Notes under the pieces: generated by a model
What the model saw: the letters and a program-made list of their open reading frames with translations, nothing else
Database searches by the model: none
What the model was told of the DNA's origin: nothing
Source of the DNA: an uncultured Pseudomonadota bacterium
Lineage (GTDB): Bacteria > Oederibacteriota > Muellerivitia > Muellerivitales > Muellerivitaceae
Direction: 5' to 3'
DNA: 29,830 bases
Assembly: GCA_963770835.1 (NCBI GenBank)
Contig: CAVYRH010000025.1
Location: forward strand, 1 to 29,830
Made by a program: the position numbers and the translations under genes
In this document: piece after piece, positions 21,286 to 29,830 of the stretch
How the letters are laid out: each line of letters begins with the position of its first letter
Numbering within the stretch: the first letter of the stretch is position 1

Positions 21286-22017
21286 TTACTTGCCGGTCTT
21301 TAGACGTTGCGCAAGGTAATCAGAAAGTCCTGCTTCGAGGGTTTTTTTTGCGGTTGTCTCGAAATCGTAGTCGAGGCGGCGGATGGAAAGCTTCTTCGCG
21401 GTGGAGTCGTACATCACATAACAGGTCTTGGGGTTGCCGTCCCGGGGCTGGCCCACGCTGCCCACGTTCACCAGGTACCGGCAGTCGTTTTGGAAATTGT
21501 ATTCAGTCTCTTCCAATATCCGAACCGACCCGTCCATTTTTTGTTCCGCGATGAAGGGTTTGTGGACATGGCCGAAGAAACAAATAAACCCTTGGAAATA
21601 GCGGAAGTTGCGTTCCACGTCCTCCTGGCTCGTGAGGTAATGCCACTCCTCGCTTTGGAAGGGGGAGGAATGCACCAGTTGGATTTCCCCGATTTCCTCG
21701 CGCAGCCGGAGATTCTCCAGGAGGCGCTGGTTTTGGGGTTTGATGCGGGTCTTGGTCCAGTTGATGGCATCCGCGGCGGGTTGGTTGAATTTGGACAAGG
21801 ACGTTCTCCCCAAAAGCGCCGAATCATGGTTTCCCATCACCGTCTTCCAACACTTCAGGGAGTCGATGAGTTCGATGACTTCATTGGGATTCGAGTAATA
21901 ACCGACCAGATCTCCCAGGCAGAGGTACTCCTCCGCGCCTTCCGACTTCATGGCCTGCGCGACTACCGTCATGGCTTCGATGTTGCTGTGAATATCCGAG
22001 AAAATACCGTATCGCAT
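21286..22017 (-). CDS. Calcineurin-like metallophosphoesterase
   Basis: SDIHSN, LGDLVGY, GNHD, GHVH, NVGSVGQPRDG. Confidence 0.92.
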   Translation of the reverse strand: MRYGIFSDIHSNIEAMTVVAQAMKSEGAEEYLCLGDLVGYYSNPNEVIELIDSLKCWKTVMGNHDSALLGRTSLSKFNQPAADAINWTKTRIKPQNQRLLENLRLREEIGEIQLVHSSPFQSEEWHYLTSQEDVERNFRYFQGFICFFGHVHKPFIAEQKMDGSVRILEETEYNFQNDCRYLVNVGSVGQPRDGNPKTCYVMYDSTAKKLSIRRLDYDFETTAKKTLEAGLSDYLAQRLKTGK

Positions 22018-22064
22018 GAGTCTCCAGGAGTTGAGAAGGATGGGTTATTTTAGCACGGGGCGGG

Positions 22065-22105
22065 AAAATCACCCATCCGTAAGCGGAGGACGATTGGGTG
22101 GTTTT
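22065..22105 (-). terminator. Putative intrinsic terminator/hairpin after the small HTH-like gene
   Basis: aaaatcaccca ... tgggtggtttt imperfect inverted repeat with A/T tails. Confidence 0.4.
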
Positions 22106-22454
22106 AGCGGATTTTCTTCTGGAGAAGGTAGCTGAGGATACGCAGGCGGTTTTCCTGGCTTTCATTGAAAGCCCAAAACCGTTCCAAGGCCGCAAAACGG
22201 TCGGATTTACGGTTGAGGCGGCAAATGGTCTCGCCATCCACCCGCTTCTCGAGGGTAACCAGGTTAAGCTTCTCCAACTTTTGGGCGGGCTTCAGGATGT
22301 CGTCGGTACTGCGCCCCAAAAGCTGGGCAATCCGCGCCGGTGTTTCCGCTTCACCCAGTTTTTTCGAGGAAAAAATAAGCAGATCCCACATGACGAAGGA
22401 ATCCACCACTTCGTCGATAAAGGCCCGGACGTCGCCGGGAATGTCGATTTCCAC
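22104..22454 (-). CDS. Hypothetical 116-aa protein, possible winged-helix fold
   Basis: GTG start after GGGGGAG; pattern TPARIAQLLGRS-helix-LEKLNLV-beta hairpin. Confidence 0.7.
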   Translation of the reverse strand: MEIDIPGDVRAFIDEVVDSFVMWDLLIFSSKKLGEAETPARIAQLLGRSTDDILKPAQKLEKLNLVTLEKRVDGETICRLNRKSDRFAALERFWAFNESQENRLRILSYLLQKKIR

Positions 22455-22473
22455 TTAAGTCTCCCCCAACCCT

Positions 22474-22552
22474 AGTCGACAGTCGGCTGTCGGCAGAAAG
22501 TCAAAACAAGTTCAAACCGCAACTGTGAGCTGTCGACTGTTGACCGTCAGCT
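22474..22552. repeat. Heptamer-periodic inverted-repeat element (same family as 17641-17727)
   Basis: agtcgac-agtcggc-tgtcggc-ag ... ac-tgtgagc-tgtcgac-tgttgac-cgtcagc; overlaps the nusB stop. Confidence 0.75.
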
Positions 22553-22948
22553 GGCCTTATTCAGCTTATCCAAAATGCCGTTCACGAATTTGCTGGAATC
22601 ATCCGTACTATATCTTTTAACGATCTCGATCGCCTCATTGATGGCCACGGATTTTGGGATATCCGCGTCGTAAAGAATCTCATAGGTGGCCAGCCGCAGG
22701 ATATTCCGGTCCACCGCGGCCATGCGGGCCAAATCCCAATGTTCGGCCAAGCCCCTCAATTGCCGGTCAATATCCGCCAAGTGGTCCCACGTATTGCGCA
22801 CCATCCGCAAGGCCATGACCTTGGCCATCTCGGCCGCGCTGGCCTGGGGGAGGAAAATCTCCTCCAAGTCCTTGAGTTGGACTGTCCCCATGTCCATCTG
22901 AAAAAGCATCTGGAGCGCTAACTCCCGCGACCGCCTTTTTAAGCCCAT
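22547..22948 (-). CDS. nusB: Transcription antitermination factor NusB
   Basis: RRSRELALQMLFQ, VDRNILRLATYE, AINEAIEIVKRY, KFVNGILD. Confidence 0.96.
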   Translation of the reverse strand: MGLKRRSRELALQMLFQMDMGTVQLKDLEEIFLPQASAAEMAKVMALRMVRNTWDHLADIDRQLRGLAEHWDLARMAAVDRNILRLATYEILYDADIPKSVAINEAIEIVKRYSTDDSSKFVNGILDKLNKAS

Positions 22949-22998
22949 TTCTTTATCATTTCACGATCCTGTTTTTCATTCCGTTCCGTCATATCGCG

Positions 22999-23079
22999 GA
23001 ATTTTAAATTCTCAATTTTGAATTACGAATGTCGGTCGTTTCCGCATCGCGGAAACCTCCATAATTTAAAATTGCATTC
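22999..23079. repeat. AT-rich heptamer-periodic element with internal hairpin
   Basis: aatttta-aattctc-aattttg-aattacg-aat; hairpin gtttccgc-atc-gcggaaac (23038-23056); complementary arm cataatttaaaattgcattc. Confidence 0.6.
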
Positions 23080-23548
23080 ATCGGATTTGGTCCAGTACCG
23101 ATAAAGTCTCCAAAAGATGCAGGGCCGCCTCGGCCCCCTTATTATCGCTTTTCTCCCCGGCCCTGGCCAATGCCTGGTCCAGGTTTTCAGTGGTCAGTAC
23201 GCCGAAAGAAACCGGCATGGCCGACTTTTCCGAAAGCCTCCGCAAACCTGCCGCGACTTCGGCTCCGATATGTTCGTGATGGGTGGTCTCCCCCCGGATG
23301 ATGGCCCCCAGGGTGATAATCCCCTGGAACCGTCCTGTCTTGGCCATCTTGGCCGCGGCCACTGGAATTTCCCAAGCGCCGGGAACCCAGGCCACCTCGA
23401 TGTTTTCCTCCGCCACTCCCCGCGCCGCCAGGGTCTCCAGCGCGCCTTTCAGCAACCGCCGGCCGATCAAGTCGTTGAACCGGCTGACCACGACCGCGAT
23501 GCGGTACCGGGAGCCTCCGGGTTTTCCTTCGTAAATTTTCGCCGCCAT
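23078..23548 (-). CDS. ribH: 6,7-dimethyl-8-ribityllumazine synthase
   Basis: VVSRFN, VPGAWEIP, IRGETTH, FGVLTTE, NKGAEAA; ATG at 23548. Confidence 0.96.
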   Translation of the reverse strand: MAAKIYEGKPGGSRYRIAVVVSRFNDLIGRRLLKGALETLAARGVAEENIEVAWVPGAWEIPVAAAKMAKTGRFQGIITLGAIIRGETTHHEHIGAEVAAGLRRLSEKSAMPVSFGVLTTENLDQALARAGEKSDNKGAEAALHLLETLSVLDQIR

Positions 23549-23641
23549 TTTTACCTGCCGTAAATGAATCAATTTGAACCCAGGCGCGGCGCTCCCCTTG
23601 GTCTTCCATCCCCAAAGCCGCCGTATTGTAATGCCTTTGGG

Positions 23642-24856
23642 TTATTTTGGTTCTTTTTTCTTGCTTAAAAAATGTCCCATCTTTAGCCGCTTAGTGTCCA
23701 AGTATTTGGCGTTAATCGGGTTTGAATCGATTTCTATAGGAACCCGCTCCACCACGTTGAGGCCGTAACCTTCCAAACCCACGATTTTCTTGGGGTTATT
23801 CGTTAAAAGGCGGATATCTTTGATTCCCAGGTCCACCAGGATCTGGGCGCCGATGCCGTAGTCCCTCAAGTCCGCCGGGAAGCCGAGTTTTTCATTGGCT
23901 TCCACCGTGTCCATCCCCTGGTCCTGCAACTGGTAAGCCTTGAGCTTGTTGAATAAACCGATCCCACGCCCCTCCTGGCGCATGTAAAGGACGACACCCC
24001 GCCCCTCCTTCTCGATTTGGGCCATGGCCGCGTGGAGTTGTTCGCCGCAGTCGCAGCGTAAAGAGCCAAAAACATCGCCGGTAAGGCACTCGGAATGAAC
24101 ACGCACCAAAACCGGCCCTCCTTCGGCCATGTTCCCCTTGACGAAGGCCAAGCTGTCGTCATCCTCCGTTTCGGTCCGGTAAACCGCGACGTTCCATTCC
24201 CCGGTTTCAGTGGGAAGGGGGACTTCCAAAACTCGGCGGACCAACTTCTCTTTCCGACGCCTGTAGCGGATCAGTTCCGCGATGGTGATCATGGTCAACC
24301 CATGCTTTTGGGAGAATATCTTTAAATCCTCCAAACGGGCCATCGTGCCATCATCTTTCATAATTTCACAAAGGATCCCCACGGGCTTCAACCCGGCCAA
24401 AAGGGCCAAATCCACCGTTGCCTCGGTGTGGCCCGCGCGCCGAAGGACACCGCCTTTGCGGTACCGCAAGGGGAACACATGGCCGGGCCTGACCAAGTCG
24501 GTGGGTTTGGATTTCGGATCGGCCAGGATTTGAATGGTCCTGGCCCGGTCATGGGCGGAAATGCCGGTGGTGACACCGGCCTGGGCATCCACCGAAACGG
24601 CGAAGGCGGTCCGGAAGTTATCCTGTTGTTCCGCCACCATCATAGCCAGGTCCAGGCGTTCCAGGTCCTCCCCCAGCATGGGCGCGCAGATCAAACCGCG
24701 GCCTTCCTTCGCCATGAAATTGATGGCCTCGGGCGTGACTTTTTCGGCCGCCATGATCAGGTCGCCTTCGTTCTCGCGGTGCTCGTCGTCCACCACAATG
24801 ACGAATTTTCCCTGGCGGATATCCTCGATCGCTTGTTCGACTCTTTTCAGTTCCAT
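23642..24856 (-). CDS. ribBA: Bifunctional DHBP synthase / GTP cyclohydrolase II
   Basis: [51 protein letters not shown]. Confidence 0.97.
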   Translation of the reverse strand: MELKRVEQAIEDIRQGKFVIVVDDEHRENEGDLIMAAEKVTPEAINFMAKEGRGLICAPMLGEDLERLDLAMMVAEQQDNFRTAFAVSVDAQAGVTTGISAHDRARTIQILADPKSKPTDLVRPGHVFPLRYRKGGVLRRAGHTEATVDLALLAGLKPVGILCEIMKDDGTMARLEDLKIFSQKHGLTMITIAELIRYRRRKEKLVRRVLEVPLPTETGEWNVAVYRTETEDDDSLAFVKGNMAEGGPVLVRVHSECLTGDVFGSLRCDCGEQLHAAMAQIEKEGRGVVLYMRQEGRGIGLFNKLKAYQLQDQGMDTVEANEKLGFPADLRDYGIGAQILVDLGIKDIRLLTNNPKKIVGLEGYGLNVVERVPIEIDSNPINAKYLDTKRLKMGHFLSKKKEPK

Positions 24857-24873
24857 CCAAAACCCCGTCTCAT

Positions 24874-25305
24874 TTAGGAATAAGTGTCCAAAAGCATCCC
24901 GCGGATCTCGTCCAGGGTGGCGAGGATTCTCATCGAGTCCTGCTGGCCCGCCAAAAGCAGTTGCGCGAGGTTTTCCAAGTGGCCGTCGACCTTTTGCATC
25001 ATCAGGTAGACCACGAATTTTCCGTCCTTTTTCTGTCCGTGCTTTTCCTCCATCCGGAAGGAACTGTTCACGATCTTATCCATGAATTTCTTCACCGAGG
25101 CCTTGTACTCCTCGAATTCCTTGCGGCTCTTGCTGGCGAAAAGTTTCTTTCCTTTTTCCTCGATTTCCACGATCAGGCCGGCCAATTCCAGCTTCAAGGC
25201 GGGGTCGGAAACCCTTTGGATGCGCTCATTCAAGGCCGGCGCGAACATGGGCGCGATGGGCTGGGGTTTTTCGAATTCGCTGTCGCCGACTTTTTCGACC
25301 TTCAT
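24874..25305 (-). CDS. YaaR/DUF327-like protein
   Basis: IEEKGKKL...YKASVKKFM...VD...LENL...[14 protein letters not shown] pattern; ATGA overlap with the riboflavin synthase stop. Confidence 0.8.
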   Translation of the reverse strand: MKVEKVGDSEFEKPQPIAPMFAPALNERIQRVSDPALKLELAGLIVEIEEKGKKLFASKSRKEFEEYKASVKKFMDKIVNSSFRMEEKHGQKKDGKFVVYLMMQKVDGHLENLAQLLLAGQQDSMRILATLDEIRGMLLDTYS

Positions 25306-25913
25306 GAATCCTTCCCGTGGGAAAGATAGCCTGCCGCCAGTTTTTCAACGTACTTGGCCAGCATGTCCACTTCCACGTGCAAATAGTCGTCCACCCGCTT
25401 GGACCTTAAACAAGTGTTCTGGAGGGTATGGGGGATCAGCGCGACCTCCACTTCATCCCCGTGAATGTCCGCCACTGTCAGGCTGATTCCATCCAGGGCG
25501 ATGCTTCCCTTTTCCACTACGTAAGGCGTCAGGGCTTCGGGGATGCGGACCATCATCCGGGCGCCCTCTCCCTCCGGTTCCAGTTTCAGGATTTGGCCCA
25601 CGCCGTCCACGTGACCCTGGACAAAATGGCCGCCCAGGGGCTCGGAGAGCGTCAATGGAAGTTCCAAATTGACCGGGTCGCCCTTTTTCAATAATCCCAA
25701 AACGGTGCGCTTAATGGTTTCGGGGACCGCCTGGAACGAAACCAAGGGCGGCCCTACTTCCACCGCCGTCAGGCAACAACCGTTCACGGCCAGGCTATCC
25801 CCGGTCTTTAACTGCGGGGACAGCCGGGGCGCTTCCAATGAAAGGCGCAGGTCGGAGGCCTGCTTTTCCGCCTTGACCACAGTCCCGACTTCTTGGATCA
25901 ACCCGGTAAACAT
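25302..25913 (-). CDS. ribE: Riboflavin synthase (alpha chain)
   Basis: MFTGLI start at 25913, GDSLAVNGCCLT, GGHFVQGHVDG, KGSIALDGISLT, LIPHT. Confidence 0.96.
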   Translation of the reverse strand: MFTGLIQEVGTVVKAEKQASDLRLSLEAPRLSPQLKTGDSLAVNGCCLTAVEVGPPLVSFQAVPETIKRTVLGLLKKGDPVNLELPLTLSEPLGGHFVQGHVDGVGQILKLEPEGEGARMMVRIPEALTPYVVEKGSIALDGISLTVADIHGDEVEVALIPHTLQNTCLRSKRVDDYLHVEVDMLAKYVEKLAAGYLSHGKDS

Positions 25914-25914
25914 T

Positions 25915-27007
<1,093 letters not shown>

Positions 27008-27040
27008 GGGTCCACCCCAGGAAGGATAAAAGAAGGATTA

Positions 27041-27069
27041 AGTATGCTATACGATCCCGGTCCGATCAA
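27041..27069 (-). promoter_or_regulatory. Putative sigma70 promoter of the rib operon
   Basis: TTGATC (27069-27064), 17 bp, CATACT (27046-27041). Confidence 0.55.
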
Positions 27070-27079
27070 GGCGCGTTCC

Positions 27080-27234
27080 GGTGGTGTCTCAGTTTGACTT
27101 GAACAACTTCAAGACACCCCTCACCCGCCCTCTCCCGCAAGGGGCGAGGGTTTGGTAGATATTCCCCCTCTCCCTCGAGGGGAGAGGGTGGGGTGAGGGT
27201 GGAGCAACATTTTCTTTCAAACTGATACACTACC
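27080..27234. mobile_element. MITE/REPIN-like element copy A (155 bp)
   Basis: Terminal inverted repeats ggtggtgtctcagtttga / tcaaactgatacactacc enclosing two inverted REP palindromes (27117-27150, 27166-27201). Confidence 0.8.
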
Positions 27235-27313
27235 AACCATTCCCCTTTTCAAACGGGAATCCAGCGGTTAAAATCCACTTTCGTTTTTATCCGCCGCTCA
27301 AAAGAGGTTTCCC

Positions 27314-27921
27314 ATGCCGATACTCGTCTTGGTCCGCCACGGCCAGTCCCAGTGGAACCTGGAAAACAAATTCACCGGATGGGTCGACGTGCCCTTGTCG
27401 GAACTGGGAGAAAAGGAAGCCCGGCAGGCGGGTGAAAAGCTGAAGGGTTATAAGTTCGACGTGGCCTTTACCTCCGACCTCCAGCGGGCCCAGCGGACCC
27501 TGGCGCTCATCATGCAATGGCCAAGTTCAAGGACTTGCCCGTCTACATGGACCAGGCCCTCAACGAACGCCATTACGGCGCCCTCCAGGGCCTGAATAAG
27601 GCCGAAACGGCCAAGAAATACGGGGACGACCAGGTTAAGATCTGGCGCCGCAGCTACGACGTTCCGCCGCCCAAGGACGAGACCGGCTTTACCGAATCCC
27701 TCAAGGACACCGCCGCCCGCACCATTCCCTATTACGACACCCACATCGTCCCCTACCTGAAACAGGGAAAAAACGTCATCGTGTTCCTGCGCTCCATCGT
27801 CATGCACCTGGAAAACCTGACCAAGGAACAGGTCTTGGAATTAAACCTCGACACCGGCATACCCCGTGTTTACGAACTGGATAAAAACTTGAAAATTGTT
27901 TCCTCGAAGGACCTCAAGTAA
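27314..27921 (+). pseudogene. gpmA: 2,3-BPG-dependent phosphoglycerate mutase, frameshifted near 27515 and missing the AHGNS motif
   Basis: [33 protein letters not shown]; next frame [42 protein letters not shown]. Confidence 0.9.
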
Positions 27922-27923
27922 CC

Positions 27924-28082
27924 GGTAGTACATCAGTTTGAAAAGAAAATGCGACTCCACCCTCACCCCGCCCTCTCCCCTCAAGGGAGAGGGGGAAATG
28001 CCGCTAAAGACCCTCGCCCCTTGGGGGAGAGGGTAGGGTGAGGGGTGCCTTAAGGTTGTCCAACTCAAACTGACTCACTACC
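27924..28082. mobile_element. MITE/REPIN-like element copy B (159 bp), inverted relative to copy A
   Basis: Terminal inverted repeats ggtagtacatcagtttga / tcaaactgactcactacc; its reverse complement aligns end to end with copy A. Confidence 0.8.
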
Positions 28083-28108
28083 CAACTTTCTAAAGGACAT
28101 TTCAGCCA

Positions 28109-28896
28109 ATGTGCTATTACGCTTCGTTTCCTCTCTTCCTGATCCTGAGCTGCCAATGGGGTTGCGCCACCCAGCACCTGGCCCTTAAGCCGGCTCCCCC
28201 GGTGGGCCAGGCGCCGGAAGTCCCAACCCCTCCTCCCCCCATAACCGACGAACAGATCTTGGGGCTGCAATCGCCTCCCGACATGATCGAGGACCCCGAA
28301 TCCGGCCAATACGCCATCGCGCAAGTCATGCAAAGTTTTTGGAAGCTCCGGGCAAAGCCGCCCAGGACGGCTGGCATTTTCTCAATCTCGTTTCCGGCCA
28401 CAGGTCCTTCAAGCACCAAATGAAGATTTGGAACCATTACGATTCCCTTTACAAAAAAACCGACAACCTGGACGCCAAGAGGAGGGTGAGGGCCGTCATG
28501 AGCCTGGTTTCGGTTCCCGGCCTTTCGCGGCACCACTGGGGCACGGACATGGATATTTCGGAAGCCAGCTTGAGGGGCCAATTGGTGAACGTGCACCCCG
28601 ATACCCCCGTCTCGGTATCCAGTTTTACAACTGGATGGAGCACAACGCCCCTGTATTCGGTTTTTGCAAAGTTTATTTGGGGAAACGCGGGGCGGTCCGG
28701 GACGAACCCTGGCACTGGAGTTATTTCCCCTATTCCAAGGGTCTACGAGCAGCAATTCATGTCGATCCAGGATTTCCACAAGATCTTGAACGACCAGGTG
28801 GAAGACGTGCATTACTTGATGGAGAATTTCGACAAGGTCTTCAAGCAGGAAACCAAGTCCATCAATACCGATTGCGACCTACAGATACAGAATTAA
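28109..28896 (+). pseudogene. M15-family D-Ala-D-Ala carboxypeptidase-like exported protein, about three frameshifts
   Basis: Across frames: hydrophobic N-terminus ending WGC, SGHRSFKHQMKIW, PGLSRHHWGTDMDI (SxHxxGxxxD), WMEHNAPVFGF, DEPWHWSY (ExxH). Confidence 0.82.
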
Positions 28897-28912
28897 ACTT
28901 CCGCAAAACCTC

Positions 28913-28943
28913 GTCCACGACGGGTCCCCGTCGTGGACAGCTT
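28913..28943. repeat. REP-like palindrome, family 2, copy 1
   Basis: gtccacgacggg-tc-cccgtcgtggac-agctt. Confidence 0.85.
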
Positions 28944-28971
28944 ACCTTAATGAACGACATGGTCGATTTAA

Positions 28972-29745
28972 CTATTTACTCTTATCCACGTAGTCGATTT
29001 CGACGTTCTCCCAACGGTCTTTCTTCTTTTCAAAGAGGGTCGCGTAATGGTCGTAATCAGCCCAAGTATTTTTGGACAATTTGTCATAGTTCGACACCAG
29101 AACCTTTAAATGCGTTTCATCCACCCATACTAAATCGATCGGTTCGTAATGGGCATCGTACCCCGTCAAAATCATGATGTTGGCCGGATTATCTTCCAAA
29201 TAATTCCTTAGTAAATAATCAACTGGATGGAATGGGGTTCCTTTTCGGCGAAGATTCAGATAAGTCTGTCCATCATTGAACATGCTCGGCCCATATCGAA
29301 AAAAGATCGTGGCGATCGTACCGTTTTGGGGTGAGGTCCTTTCGACTTTGACGTCGTGAGGCATATATGGCTCATTCAGGATGGCCGGGATGGAGTACCA
29401 AAGATTGATCCCGACGAAAAGCCCTAGAAACAATATGCCAAGCACACGTAAGACCCGAGCCTTAAGATTTATCGCCTTCCATCGACATAAAAAGCACAAA
29501 CCGACAGGCCATAAAACTATTAAAAGATCAAGGCAAGCCTTTTGGACCACCGCCGGATTGGAATTCCAGAAAGAATCAAGAAAAAATGACGCAACTAAAC
29601 TTAATAGGATTGCCAGCCCAATTAAAACCAGAAGACAAATTCGTACGATCTTTTTTCTTCGGAAGATAGGTTTCCAGACCAGAAGAGCGAAAAGAAAAAA
29701 GCCAAGAAGTGATTGAGCGCCAAATAAAATATAGTGGTCAGTCAT
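28972..29745 (-). CDS. Hypothetical AT-rich membrane protein (about four N-terminal TM segments plus a soluble C-terminal domain)
   Basis: 257-aa uninterrupted ORF, SD TAAGGA upstream, hydrophobic runs in the first ~120 aa. Confidence 0.8.
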   Translation of the reverse strand: MTDHYILFGAQSLLGFFLFALLVWKPIFRRKKIVRICLLVLIGLAILLSLVASFFLDSFWNSNPAVVQKACLDLLIVLWPVGLCFLCRWKAINLKARVLRVLGILFLGLFVGINLWYSIPAILNEPYMPHDVKVERTSPQNGTIATIFFRYGPSMFNDGQTYLNLRRKGTPFHPVDYLLRNYLEDNPANIMILTGYDAHYEPIDLVWVDETHLKVLVSNYDKLSKNTWADYDHYATLFEKKKDRWENVEIDYVDKSK

Positions 29746-29798
29746 AAGATCTAATCCTTACTTATTGGATCACTGTTTTTCTCTTTGGGTCGACATCC

Positions 29799-29830
29799 AA
29801 GCTGTCCACGATGGGTCCCCGTCGTGGACA
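29799..29830. repeat. REP-like palindrome, family 2, copy 2 (cut by the window edge)
   Basis: aagctgtccacgatgggtccccgtcgtggaca. Confidence 0.85.

Noticed and set aside
27008..27079. FMN riboswitch upstream of ribD
   Set aside because: No RFN consensus; the predicted promoter leaves only about 30 nt of leader.
27080..28082. Autonomous IS or transposon
   Set aside because: No transposase inside; the enclosed ORF is gpmA.
27841..28333. Small ORFs containing PSPYPLPQG / PLTLPSPPRGEG peptides
   Set aside because: These are translations of the REP palindromes in element B, not independent genes.
28913..29830. CRISPR array or integron attC interpretation of the twin palindromes
   Set aside because: The copies are about 860 bp apart around a whole ORF, no cas or intI gene is present, and attC core sites are absent.

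Overview
Bacterial chromosomal window, mostly GC-rich housekeeping and metabolic DNA with a few visibly AT-rich insertions. From left to right it holds: tRNA-Leu(CAA); a divergent hexuronate catabolic cluster (uxaC, an unknown gene, exuT-like MFS, SDR and ManD/RspA-type dehydratase on -, kdgK and eda on +); then on the minus strand an RluA-family synthase, priA, an oligopeptide-type ABC SBP with two permeases, secA, a secreted coiled-coil protein, ligA, a DUF559 (Vsr-like) endonuclease, an RDD protein, a metallophosphoesterase, a small HTH-like protein, nusB and a riboflavin operon (ribD-ribE-yaaR-like-ribBA-ribH); finally gpmA, an M15 D,D-peptidase and an AT-rich membrane protein. ribD, gpmA and the M15 gene carry several indels, most likely read/assembly errors. 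The most striking layer is non-coding: at least four families of palindromic or periodic repeat elements sit at gene junctions. One family brackets the DUF559 nuclease gene as inverted repeats, supplies the apparent ligA ribosome-binding site, and recurs almost identically inside two ~155-bp TIR-bounded MITE-like elements that flank gpmA in inverted orientation. This looks like an autonomous/non-autonomous pair of a nuclease-associated REP system (inference). No database searches were possible; calls rest on motif recognition.
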